From Scyliorhinus canicula (Eukaryota), in contig NC_052150.1 in the NCBI RefSeq assembly GCF_902713615.1, positions 222,673,063-222,737,062 on the forward strand: a stretch of 64,000 nt of DNA, written 5' to 3'. The notes beneath the pieces are model-generated. The model worked only from the letters and a program-made list of their open reading frames with translations. It did not search any database and was not told the DNA's origin. The position numbers and the translations under genes were made by a program. Below, piece by piece: positions 36,460 to 49,212 of this stretch (position 1 is its first letter; every line of letters begins with the position of its first letter).

Positions 36460-39161
36460 CTAGGTAGTGCAGAAAGAATTTAGTCAAAAGCTTGATCTCT
36501 GGTCAAACGATCGCAGAAATAAAAAAAGTCCGTGGGTTACAATCACTGGCTCAGGGGAAAACGCAAACCAGTAAAACCAAGGGGTAAACACGGTGGACCC
36601 AGTCGACCAAAAAGGACGGACACAGACCCAGGCCCGATCCACAGGGCAGCAATTTCACTGCCAGAGTGCCCCAACTCCAGGTAAACACAAACTTGTTCAC
36701 AAATCTCCTGACCCTCACAGACTTTCGAGAGATGAGCTTCGGACAAGCTGACCCGAATCTAGGTGCATTTCTAATCAAGAGTGTATCCCCACTCCCTCCC
36801 TATCTCTCCTTAATGCTGCAATCCCAAAAAGAATAAAGGACACTTACGCACAAGGTTAAAAACAAGGCCTACCCCACCCTGCCCAATCTCTCAGCTGGTT
36901 AAGTCTGAAGCTCAACATCCAGAGACCTGTGCTGAGTTAGCAGCTCAGAGTTTTTACAGGAAGATAAATCAGCCAAGGATCTCCCTCTCTTCATTCCAGG
37001 GTGCCCGATGGAAGTGAATTTGCTGCCATCAGCTGCGATTACTCCCAGAGTTGAATATCCTGTCAGTAGAACCGCATATTGATTGGTTATGCAGCCAGCT
37101 AAGTGGGAGCAGGTCAGCTCCCTCTGAGCAATGTCCCAGGATGGGGGCAGGAACCAGAATAAAACAGCAACATCCAAAAACAGAAGACTGAGATCAATGC
37201 TTGATGCAATAATCGTACTTCAGGGACCCAGGTTCCAACTCACTCCCACGTCAGAGATTTTATTCTGACTCCCTCAACCCTATACTGAGTTTTACTTGTA
37301 TCTGCAGCTCTTGGGGTCAGACTCTGTCTCCTTTCCAGGCCCCAGTAACAATTCATACAGAACCACCCTCTCAACCACTTCAGGTTCCAGATCCCAGAGG
37401 CCGCTATGGAGTTTGAGCAGGTTGCATGTATTCCATCAGAGGCTGGCCATCTTGAAGTCACTTTGACCCGGCAACACCTCTCCTCCCCACCACCACTAGA
37501 TAACTGCAGCTAGTACCAGAACTACCTCAAGGCAGAACGACAGGCAGCACAAGCCATTGGGTAACACACACACACACGAGCAGTGAACCACCTCCTCCCC
37601 TTATACAGTGTGGGTACACACCAAACACTATCAATAGTAACAGGCACACACTGCTGCAAAACTCCTTATGATATGATGCCTGTTCCCTACCAGCACTGTT
37701 TAAAGAAAATTAAAACTCTAATCGCATGGCAAACCACAAGTCACGGTAGGGGAGTGCAGGACGGGGAAATCCTGTCCGCTACTCATTTCCCTTATTGTCA
37801 ACCTAACATTGAGTCTTCAGCTAAGCGGGTTTCCAAGGACAGTAAAGCCTGACGGCTGGAAACCAGAACCCTCCCGTTTGTGGAAGGTTGTGGAGTACAT
37901 TCGAGCTCTAATCATTTGTTTGAAAAGCATGGCACTGAAACTCTCACTAGGCCCGAGTGACAGGCACGTAGTGAGTACTTAGAAACCATTTTCATGTAAT
38001 ATTAAACGGTACGGGTCTAGTCCGTTTGGAACAGAGAACCAGGCTTCTCTCCCGCATGTGAACATTCGCATCCGGGGAGTTAGTCGTGTGTTAATTGTTA
38101 GTCGGGGCACAATGTACAGGCAAGGAGTCAGCCATCTCTTGCACAATAAGCTAGCACAGCCAAATTGACAGCCCTCATCATGTATAAGGAATGTAACACT
38201 GCAGTGCGAGGTTAAACAGAACAAGTTAATTTTGAGGGCATGGGTGTAACACACCTTGCTATACAGGGCAATGTTGTCTCCGCATTAGCTCGAAGGCTGG
38301 TAAGGGGAGGGGGATGGAGAATCCAAACTTTATCTTTGTGCAATACATTAGTATGTATCAAGATTGAATTGACTTTCAAAGTCATTTCCACGTTTCTCAA
38401 GTTACCAACATGAGGTGATGGAGAAATTCAAGCGCAACTAAGATAGGATTGTGATTTAGACATTCCTGATCCTGAAGAAATCGGCCGACAACCCTCGGAG
38501 CTCTCACTGGCTGGCGTGGTTTCAGCTGCAGGTGGGGAGGATCGAGAAACGCTAGCTTCCCCATTTAAACCTCTCTCTCTCTCGCCTGTTACAATCGAGC
38601 TCTGACCAAACTTTTGGTCACCTGTCCTAATATCTCCTGATGTGGCTCAGTGTCAAATGCTGCCTGACATCCAAGTTGTGGAGAAAGCTTTACTAGGTCA
38701 AAAGGTGCCAAAAGAATGCACCTTCTTGGTGTTTTACATTGAAAGCATTCAGGCTGTTGGATTTCATTTGGGTAACTTTAACAAAGTCAGGCCCGCTGGG
38801 GGTGAATAGACAGTTTCGATTAAAACAAAACTTGACAAAATGATGAATCTGGGAAAGCACTGCAGGGCATTCAACACCGGATAGAGAAAATGTAACACTG
38901 CGTAAGGGAGTTACAAGCCAAAGTCTCCCTTCAGTCACTGACCGGCCTGCCACGTGTTTTTCCAACCGTCTATCAGAGGGCACATCGATCAGGATCTCAC
39001 ACGGTCAAGTCAGAAATTCTAACCGTGTTTTACTGACAGCAACCGAGACATTCGTCACTTGAAGGGTCAACAATTCCACTCATTTACTAAACAGGTTAGG
39101 TATGTAAAACAATGCTACCAGTCACACACACAGGGGTTAATAGCAGTGCGCTGTAATATAC

Positions 39162-39293
39162 CTGCATAGCTGGTGGATTCTGTTCTTTGGCAGTGACCGG
39201 GTTGTTGAGGTGAATGTAATATTGCGTCTCTGCATCATCATACTTGCACTTATCGAACCAGATTTTTTCCTCTGTCAATACGTTAACTGCCAT
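39162..39293 (-). CDS. EEF1D: EEF1D short-isoform start exon ([26 protein letters not shown]...AMQ); exon starts at 39297
   Basis: TTACAG|G ACC ATG G; donor CAG|GTATAT; homologous to [22 protein letters not shown]. Confidence 0.95.
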
Positions 39294-40590
39294 GGTCCTG
39301 TAAGGTGGGAAGATAAATGGGAGGCACAGTAAGACGCTGTTCACAGAAAGAGATGCCACTCGCAACGTTTGCCCAATACACCCCACTAATAACACCACAA
39401 ATCGGGGGATTTGCACTCTGTCCCATTCTAACACAGACTTACTGTTCCTCGACGCAGTGGAACACTGCAGGAATTAAATAATTATAAATGGTGGGGAGAT
39501 GGGAGCAGACACTCGTCCCATAGTGAGGCTTGTAACAATAGCTGACAAGGCCTCCTGTGACCCAACCCTCCCCAAGTACAGGAAAATCCATTTGAATATT
39601 GCTTATTGTCACGAGTAGGCTTCGATGAAGTTACTGTGAAAAGCCCCTAGTCACCACATTCCGGCGTCTGCTCGGGGAGGCTGGTACGGGAATCGAACCG
39701 TGCTGCTGGCCTGCTCGGTCTGCTTTAAAAGCCAGCGATTTAGCCCAGAGTGCTAAACCAGCCCCTATTTGGACCTGGGAGTTACTTTACTTCGGTTCCA
39801 CCATGCCCACTACCCACCCTCCCAACTCAAGCTGATTCTGCAGGAATGGGCACCTCACCATGCATCCCTTTGGGTGCTCCATTAAGATTGGAGCAGTAAG
39901 GACCCACCTCTCCCTTGGCAAAGCAGCAAGCAGGCGCAAAGAACTAAATCACTGTTACCACAAGCAACACTGGGTCATGCAAAATGCAGCTGGTGCACGC
40001 GCTGTGATGATCGATGTTCAAATCCAGTGACACACACAGTCAACTCCCTTAGACTATTCGCAACAGCCTGAAACATCAAATCTAGAAGTCAGAAACATGT
40101 CAACCCACACACACACTGTCCCCTTCACCTCCCCGTCCCCTTCACCTCCCCAACCCCAAACACCAGATTAACTTTCCTTTGCCTCGGCAACTGCACGGAG
40201 CTGCAGCCAACCATTTGATGTCTCCCGGCTGCTCGTCCCTCTTACTCCGACTCACAAATACAATGACAGATGAATGAAAAGATCCTTTCTGTCTCTGAAT
40301 GGCAGGAACAGTTAGCCAGTGATGTTAACAGTACTGCTTGGATTACAGTATCATTACATCGGTTAATGAGACATCAGCATCCATCTATTTATCTGTGGGA
40401 CTCACATAGTAAACGTTCAGAGCAAGATCAACATTTTAAATCGACTGGGAGCGAGATATTTCAGCTGTAGTAGCTAGGTTGTAACTGGCGGGAAAAGGCC
40501 AAGACAGGTTTGTATACTAAGACTAAGAGGTCATGTAAAATTTCCTGTAGCACACATAGTAAGGAGTGTCATAAACAAGATTCAAACAAT

Positions 40591-40815
40591 GGGGCAGCAC
40601 GGTAGCACAAGTGGTTAGTACTGTGGCTTCACAGTGCCAGGGTCCCAGGTTCGATTCCCGGCATGGGTCACTGTCTGGCTATGTTAAATTGCCCTTAGTG
40701 TCCGAAAAGGTTAGGTAGGGTTATTGGGTTACGGGGATAGGGCGGAAGTGAGGGCTTAAGAGGGTTGGTGCAGACTCGATGGGCCGAATGGCCTCCCCGC
40801 ACTGTATGTTCTATG
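40591..40815 (+). mobile_element. Internally deleted HE1 SINE
   Basis: Head and tail present, V-domain core missing. Confidence 0.8.
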
Positions 40816-41597
40816 TTTAAATGTAAATGGGATGAAAACGATTGGGCATGTCAGAGAGAAAAGGGCTGGGGTAACATTTTGGGGTGAAAGCCCACATCGA
40901 ACCAGAGGGCTCCCCCCCTGCCTTCAATGTCACCTTTCTCCTCCTCGTACCACACACGCATATTATCTGGTTGAACTATGGAACTATCTGTTGCCCAGTG
41001 GGGCTGTCAACATGGAGCAGTGATCTGGGGGTGGGGGATGAGCAGCAACAAGTGTGCATACCATTCATAGACAAGGGCCTGGGTGGCTGAAAAGCATCGC
41101 CTGCTCAGAAAAGAGGAAAAGTCGAAGCCACAGGAAATAGGGATATACAGCAAGAGGGGCAGGTCACGGTTTTGAGAATCCTTGGCTGTGCACAATAGGG
41201 TGATGAAAAAATTGACTGAGATAAATCAGATTTGCCTAGAGTATGTGTGAATTGGAGGGACTTGGGGAATGAGATTAAATCGATTGCTTGTCAAAGGAGC
41301 CAGCACAGACTGGATAGGCCGAATGGCCTCCAACTTTGCTGTATTATTCTATCATTCCACATACAACAGAGGTCGTGTGAGCCGCTAATGCAGACATGTA
41401 GACTGACCATCCAGAGGACAGGACTTCAAATCCAACCAAGGCTGTTTGAGAATTTTAAATTCAGATTTGAAGTCATAGTAAAAATGCAACTGGTTTGCTC
41501 TTACTTATTTAGGGAAGGAGATCTACCGTCCTTACTCCGTATGGCTGCGATGTGACTCTGGTCCCACACCACCTGCAGCAATTCAGGGACTTGGGTA

Positions 41598-41917
41598 ACA
41601 TAGAATTCTTGGGCAGAAGGCCATTCAACCCATCAAGTCTGCACCAACCTTCCAAAAGAGCACCCTACCCAGGTCCACTCCCCTGCCCACCCCATCCCCG
41701 TAACCTAAGCTGCACATCCCAGGACACTCCGGTGCAACTTATCATGGCCAATCCACCCCACCTAACCTGCACACCTTTGGGCTGAGAGGAATCTGGAGCA
41801 CCCGGAGGAAACCCACGCAGACACGGGGAGAACGTACACACTCCACACAGTCACCCAAGGTAGGAATTGAACCCGGGACCATGGTGCTGTGAAGCAGCAG
41901 TGCTAACCACTGTGGCA
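41598..41917 (-). mobile_element. HE1/V-SINE
   Basis: tRNA head plus V-domain. Confidence 0.8.
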
Positions 41918-42713
41918 TCCCGAGACACCCATCAAAACCCACTCCATGCGACCAGGGACAGGCAATAAGCCCCACACACCAAGAATGAAAATAAAATCAA
42001 CGTACAGAACTCAAGTGGGAGTAAATGCCTTACAAAGAACCCCCCAAAATGGCACAGAAATAAATCTTGCAGAATCATAAAACTGCCTTCCAGTGGTAAA
42101 CGTACAACAACTATGCTTCACTCTCACTGCCTCCAATTCAATGCGAGCCCAAGAGATCAAACTGTTCTCTTCACAATTAATCATGACAGGCACAATAGGT
42201 GGCCACTGCGCCTCATCCTCACCTTGTAAACACACCGCACTGTCAGGATCCAGGCCAGGAAATGGCTACAGAAAGTGCAGCAGCAGCCAACAACTGGAAC
42301 TCTGGGCGACCTCAGCTCTTCGTACAAAAATAGGAAACTAATTAAGGTGTCAGCTCACCTTCCACAGAGAGCTTTCACTTCACCGCCAATGCACGCAACT
42401 GCTTCTGGATCCCACCACTCACACACACACACACACACACACAACTGGGCGAAGGGGTTCCAGGATTTGACTGGATCATGAAGTGTAGAGCAGGCCTTTT
42501 AACCAAAAGCAGAAGTGACACCACCCGAGTAAAATTTTTAACCTGTTGACTTCATAGAGCAGACCAGCTTCACAAAGGTTTGGTGCACAGCGAGAACAAA
42601 ATCAGATTCAACGCATGCTGAAGGATGGCTCAAAATGAAAAGACACTGCAATGTTGGGAATGCTACAAGAGCACAATAAAAGGCAAGGAGTATTCGATAT
42701 AATTCAAGCCTAC

Positions 42714-43780
42714 TTATCCTGAAGCCTTGGACAGTGAGATGCAGGTCTCTTCAGTGGTGGTGCCCGTGTAGAATCTACCATTGGCTCCCGGGTCTCATTG
42801 GCAGCTCTCTGGGTTCTGGCCAGGTGGTAGCGTAACTCGGCAGCATCGTACTTGGGTTTACTGAACCACACCGGTTCACTGCCCTCATCAACAAGATGGG
42901 CAGCGGCTGCCGCAGGATCCTCACCCACTGCGAGCGACAGACGGGGTTTGGCACTTTGGTGGGCAGGAGGGAGGCTGGCGGCAGGGGTTCTCTGTTGCTT
43001 GATCTGGGGTGGGCCTGTGTGTTGTGTGTCAGTGGCTGAGCCACCATACAATATCTCGTGGTACAGTCGCTCGGCATCATCATACAGTGGCTTTTCCAGC
43101 CAAACCTTGAGTGCCAATGGGCGTTGGCTGGCACTTGGGAACATGCCATTGACCGGCAGGCCGGTGTCTCCGCCAATGGGGAAACCGGGGGTTATGGGGG
43201 TGACAGGGGTAGCACTGATGTAGCCTTCATCCGGAGTGGTCCACAACTTTGGAATAGCAGTGCCCGCGGAAGTTGGGATCGGGAGAGAGTGTGGGACGCA
43301 GCGTGCTTGCGACCGCACGATAAACAGGCTTTCAGCCTCGTCGAAAGTGCTCTTGTTGAGCCAGACACCGTGCACCAGCTGGCAACAAGCGACTAGGGGA
43401 CGTGTCACACAGCCGGGTGTGGCCCCCCTGCTGGGGGGCCTAGTTCCAGCTGCTGGGCGAGCAGCGCCCTTCACCAGCACTGTTCCAGGAGCCACGGGCG
43501 GCCCTGCCATCTCTAGCCGATGTGCACGTACCACCTCTTCGGGTGGGGCACGTGGAGACCGCTTCCGCCGTCTCTTCTTCCCCACCTCTCGCTCCTGTCG
43601 CACCTCCTCCCCGGCCAAAGGCCAGATTCGCTGTGCCAAATCAGTCTCCTGGGCAGCCTGTGCCATGGCGGAGGCAGCTGAGGCCTGCTGGCCCTCATGA
43701 AACAGCCTCTCTGCCTCGTCGAACTTGTATTTGTCCATCCAGATGGTTTCCAGCAGGTAGGGATGCTTCCGGATCCTCAT
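42714..43780 (-). CDS. EEF1D: EEF1D long-isoform (eEF1B-deltaL) cassette exon, 355 codons + 2 nt; exon starts at 43783
   Basis: CTGCAG|ACG ATG after a pyrimidine tract. MRIRKHPYLLETIWMDKYKFDEAERLFHE resembles the mammalian long N-terminus. NLS KKRRRKRSPR. Donor GATAA|GTAGGC is phase 2, matching the next exon's leading G. Confidence 0.9.
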
Positions 43781-44369
43781 CGTCTGCAGCGTCCAGTACA
43801 ACACAGCAGAGGGGAAAGAAACAACACAGTGAACAAGGAAATATACAAACAGAGGCGGCATATTTTAGACAAAGGATTATTTGGCCCAATTTATGCAGTG
43901 TGGTCACTGCAACCAGGAACAATTATCATTTAAAGGCATTTTGAGACAGAAACACTGAATTACACTAAATCGTAGTTTGAAATGTAGTAGGGCTGGGGCC
44001 AGAGGGGAGGGGCAGGTGAAAGAGTGGGGATGGGGTGGGGTCAGGTGCGGGGATGCCAGAGAGGAAGGGGGCAGGTGGCCGGGGGGCTGGCGGCCAGGGG
44101 GGGGGGGGGGGGGGGGGGGGGTGCTGGCAGCCAAACGGGAAGAGGGTGGGGGCAGGCAGCCAGAGGGAAGGGGCCAGGACTACACCCCATCCCCCGTAAC
44201 AACCTATGTTGTTATGTTTGTCAAACAAACAGGCACCATGAGGACGGCAATGCGGGGGCTGATCAGAGCTTCACTGTTTTGCAAGTGAATCCTGTAACAC
44301 TTGCACTTTCTGAAGAGACTCGAGGAGATGGGGCGAGGCGAAAGAAACCGTGTATTAATGGGTACTCAC

Positions 44370-44384
44370 CTCTTTATCCTAAAA
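44370..44384 (-). other. EEF1D: Candidate 5'UTR microexon (9 nt 44370-44378, or 15 nt 44370-44384)
   Basis: Minus: TTCTCTCTCTTTCCCTCAATGCTGTCAG TTTTAG GATAAAGAG|GTGAGT. Polypyrimidine tract, TGC motif, two AGs and a consensus donor. Confidence 0.5.
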
Positions 44385-45333
44385 CTGACAGCATTGAGGG
44401 AAAGAGAGAGAATAACATTTAAAGTGGTTCAGTGGCACAACACAAACATACAACAATATTGTTAACCACCTACACGATGATCATAAAGCAGTTACCGTGG
44501 GCTGCAGGGAATGAAGGGCAAGACAGCTTGCCCAGGGTACAGGATCCAATCAGCAAATTACTTGATCCCAAGGGCAGAGCACAGCACCTTCCATTTACCA
44601 CGGTGATTTCTCACCCGCTATCTGTAGTTCATTCATATCGAGCAATTTTGCAGTGAGGGTGTGTCAGTAATTCAATCACAGAGGCACACCAAAATCTAAC
44701 AGTGACGTTCACTTGTATGCAGACTGATCGGATAGCGGGGGTCAGGATACTGGTGAAAATCTTCTCCATTACAATCCCAGCAATGCAAAGACCTATTTGC
44801 TGCCCTCATTTTGTTCCACCCACTCCGAGGTCACCAAGAGACGGCACTGGCCGCAGTGACCGTGACAAGCATACAGGTTTCCCCCATCTCACCCTGCAGC
44901 CCCAGCACTGAGTACAAGGCACCCGGGATGCAGTGGGCAGCATTTACAATGGCAGACCCTGTGATCACGAATGGTGCTGTACAAAAACATGCCTTTCTTT
45001 TTCCCAACCCTCTTGTTCGATGACCAACAGTATTCTAAAAGCACACACACTGGTCCACAGTGACCCGTTTGCATTGGGAGCAGCAGCTGTGATGCCCAGA
45101 TTCCTGGTACCAATGACGGGTGCTGGATTCAAACAATAGGACAGTTCTGAGTTTGCAAGAACACTCTGATGCCACCCCTCCTCCAGCCTATCGATGGAGA
45201 CACACACCCATTGTACCATTGCTGTCAATTATCCTCTGGCAGTGCCCCCTCCCAGTGCCAAGCCTGCAACTGTACTTGAATTACTATTTTCTCGTGCCAC
45301 TCCCTGCAAACTCAGGCAAATGTGTGTCCCCTA

Positions 45334-46363
45334 TGCTAATTTTCTGTTTCTGTCTCTGTAAGAAAGGATACACTCGCATTGGAGGCAGTTACAGCGAAGG
45401 CTCACCAGATTGGCCCCTGGGCTGAGGGGCTTGTCCTATGATGAGAGGCGGAGTCAATTGGGTTTATATTCCCTGGAGTTTGGAAGAATGAGAGGCGATC
45501 CCTTTGAAACATAGAAAATTGTGAAGGGGTTTGATCGGGTGGACACAGAGATTGTTTCTGCTGGTCGGGGAATCTAAAACACGGGGACTGAGTTTCAGGA
45601 TAAGGAGCCAATCATTTAGGACTGAGATGAGGAGGAGTGAGACAGTCGTATGTGTGTCCCCTACATACGACGACCCTGTGAAATCAACCAGAATCCAAAA
45701 GTCACTGCCCGCTTGTGGATGAACGTCAGAGGTGCCCCGAGTTGAGGGTATGAGAAACCTGAACACAAACCGAACAATCAAATGTCATAAACAGCCAACA
45801 AGAGACACCCTCACTTCTGAACCCAAGAAACAGCAAGGAAGCCACTCGGCCCTTCAAGCCTGACCTACCATTCAGTACCATCAGGGCTGATCTTGGGTTT
45901 CAACTCCACCTTCCTGCCCACTCTGCATCTCCCTCGATTTCCTGAATGACCAAAAATTTGTCTACCCCAGCCTTAAATATATTAAACGATGGGAGCATCC
46001 ACGAACCCCTGGGGTAGACAATTCCAGAGATTCACAACCCTGAGGAGTGAAGAAACTCCTCCTCATCTCAGTCCTAAATGATTGGCTCCTTATCCTGAAA
46101 CTCAGTCCCCGTGTTTTAGATTCCCCGACCAGCAGAAACAATCTCTGTGTCCACCCGATCAAACCCCTTCACAATTTTCTATGTTTCAAAGGGATCGCCT
46201 CTCATTCTTCCAAACTCCAGGGAATATAAACCCAATTGACTCCGCCTCTCATCATAGGAAAAGCCCCTCAGCCCAGGGACCAATCTGGTGAGCCTTCGCT
46301 GTAACTGCCTCCAATGCGAGTGAGTGTATCCTTTCTTACAGAGACAGAAACTGAACAATAGCA
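45334..46363. repeat. ~300-bp near-perfect inverted repeat (45334-45638 / 46055-46363) made from a CR1 3' fragment (CR1 ~45825-46340, minus)
   Basis: Identical peptides in ORFs 45531+ and 45962-, and in 45402- and 46082+; shared truncation junction. Confidence 0.95.
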
Positions 46364-48569
46364 GAGGCAATGGCAAGAATGACCTGCAATTCCTGATGTG
46401 TCACCAACGGAGCTTCAAATGTCAGTTAGATCAACCTTGCATCAAACATAGAAGCCAGCCTTCCCCACTGCCCTTTACCAATTTCTGTCTTCCTGGTGGG
46501 GTTATGCTGATTTTTCTCACGAGACTGAGTGATAGCCAAGCTATTCAACTGCGGAAAGCATCACAAAATCACCCCATGTATCTCACGTCCACAGGTTCCT
46601 CAGTAAAGGTCACCACGGTGACAGCAACCGGGAGCATGAACCCTGGCTAATTCCCCCTTCCCGCCTCAGGGTCACGAAACAAACCCCGAGCTCCCCCGGC
46701 ACCTGTTCCGAGCTGAGAAAACATCCCTTCAAATGGCAATTTGGCCATGACAAGAGTTTTCACTCGTACTAATGACCGTGCATAAAACTAATAAATCAAA
46801 CCAGGATGAAGCAGAAACATAACAAGGACGTTGTCAGCATTATTTAGAGCTAACTTAACCCCACCCAAAACAGGTCTGAAGTACATGCAGTTATTGAGCC
46901 ACTTCTTTCCAACTTACATTTCAGTCTCACAAACTGATCAACGATTTCAGGCTTTTAAAAATTTCCCTACAATCTCACAGCAATCAGAAATAGATTAAAA
47001 ATGGGTCCAATCCTGGAACTCTCTCTGTAACAGCACTGTGGTGTTCATGCACCACCTGGTGGCTCAAGGCGATGGTTCACCACCTTCTCCAGGGGTAACT
47101 GGGTCTGGATAACAAACACTGGTTCATATCCCACTATAAACAAAAAATAAATAACCAGCGCACATTTGAAGCAAGCCCAGTCTGTGTGCAAACTGGGGCG
47201 AAAAGTAAAGTAAGCTGAAGCATTTACAACAGGCTCAGGGCCGTTGAGTAAGATTATTAGCATATGCGGCCATACTGGCTCCAAGTTTTCAGGAGGGAGT
47301 CAGCACTCCAGGAACATTGAACCGGGAATTAAATAGGAGGTATATTACAGGAACAGGCCGTTCAGCCCTGCAGCTATGCCAGCGTTTATAACCCACTCGC
47401 CCAGTCTCCCACTTGGGAGAGCATTTCCTGGGCAGTGTCAAACACATCTCTGGGCAGACATAGGAGTAGAACCGCAGGGGAATGATACAGTCACCAATAC
47501 CGGGCATGCCAAGTGAAAGATGGTCACTACCACAGATGTAATGCACAATGAAAAGCACATTCAGCAGCCCGGACCTGCGGGAGGAAATCCGCGCAGATAC
47601 AGAGAGAACATGCAGACTTGACACAGACAGTGACCCAAGCCGGGAATCGAACCTGGGACCCTGGCGCTGTGAAGCAACAGTGCTAACCACTGTGCTACCA
47701 TACCGTTAAGTCTGTGACCCAACTCCATATGCCTGTCTTAGCCCCATAATCCCTACAAACCTGGATTCATAGAACGGTTACAGAAAGATGTTCCTATTAG
47801 TTAATGGTACAAGGACTAGGAGACACAGATTTAAGAATATGGGCAAGAGATGCAGGGGAGGAAAGACCTTTTATTTCCCCCCCACCGGGCATGGCAATTA
47901 ACTTGGAACTCGCTACCTAGGATGGCGGTACAAGCGGAGACCGCTCAGGAAACCGGATGGTCGCTTGAGGGAAATAAACTTGCAGGGCTACTGGGATAGT
48001 GTGGGGGGGACGGGCCCAACTTTGTGTTCTGGAGAAATGGCATGGGCTGAACGGCCTCGGAGTGCCTTAATGCCTCTATGAGGAAGCCATCGGCCTGTCG
48101 AGTCAACGTCGACTCTCCCAGAGCACCCCAGCTGATCCCGCACCCTGCCTTTTCGCTGTAAATGCTTTCCCTTCAGATGAATTTCCAATCCTCTTCCCGA
48201 AAAATAATTAAAGACCATTTTATAAGTTAAACAAATGCCAAAAATCTTATCAGTTGCAAAGTTTAAATCAGAAACTGATTTGGTGTACTGGGGTGGGTTG
48301 AGAGCTTCAAAGCCGTCACGGTCTTTAAGTGCTGATCTTGCAGCAGAGGGTCAATGGATTGGGACAAGCGACAATGAGATGACCTGACTCAGCACAGCAC
48401 GCTGCAGGCACAATACACTGCAAATCGAAAACAAAACATAAAATTACTGGAAATAATCAGCAGGTCTGACAGCATCTGGAGAGGGGAAAAAGTTAAAAGG
48501 CTTAGGATCTTTTATCAGGGCAGAATCCTCCAGATGGGATCTGATCATGTCTCTGTACAACTTAACCAC

Positions 48570-48787
48570 AACGGTGAGGCGGCACTGCTGCCTCATAGCT
48601 CCAGGAACCCAGGTTCAGCCTCTGGCCTCAGGTGATGAACGTGTGGAGTTTGCACTTCCTCCGCGTGTCTGCTTGGGTCTCCTCCGGGTGCTCCGGTTTC
48701 CTCCCACCATCCAAACATGTGCAGATTAGGTGGATTGGCCATGCTAAATTTCCCCTTAAGTATCCAAAGGGTTAGGTGGGGTTACTG

Positions 48788-48820
<33 letters not shown>

Positions 48821-48890
48821 CTCTCTCCAGGAGCCGGTGCAGACTCGGTGGGCCAGGTGGCCTCCTTCTGCACTGTAGATTCTATGATTC
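48570..48890 (+). mobile_element. HE1/V-SINE
   Basis: V-domain and tail. Confidence 0.8.
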
Positions 48891-49212
48891 TGTATGCTAA
48901 CTTCTTGCGACTCATGTACGCGAACAACTAGATCACGTTGCATCTCAGTGGTCTACTGTTCCTCCCCATTTAAATAATATCCTGCTTTTCTATTCTGCAT
49001 GCCACAGTGGCTAAATTCACCTTTTCCTCCTCCACCTGCCACTTAATCGACCTACAACCCTTCACAGACTCCTTATATCCTCTTCACAACCTACTTTCCT
49101 ATTTCTGTGTCGTTCCCCCCGTCCACCCCAGCAGTTAGCCACTGCACCTGCGGTTCCTTCTGTCTTGAGTCAGGTCACCTCACTGCCCCTATCCCAGTAA
49201 AAAAAAAAATGT

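Noticed and set aside
38405-38525. Possible cassette exon LKPRQPVRAP...
   Set aside because: Weak donor and no homology; likely chance.
43781-43861. N-terminal part of the 383-aa ORF (MPPLFVYF...)
   Set aside because: Intronic polypyrimidine tract; the homologous start is the ATG at 43780.
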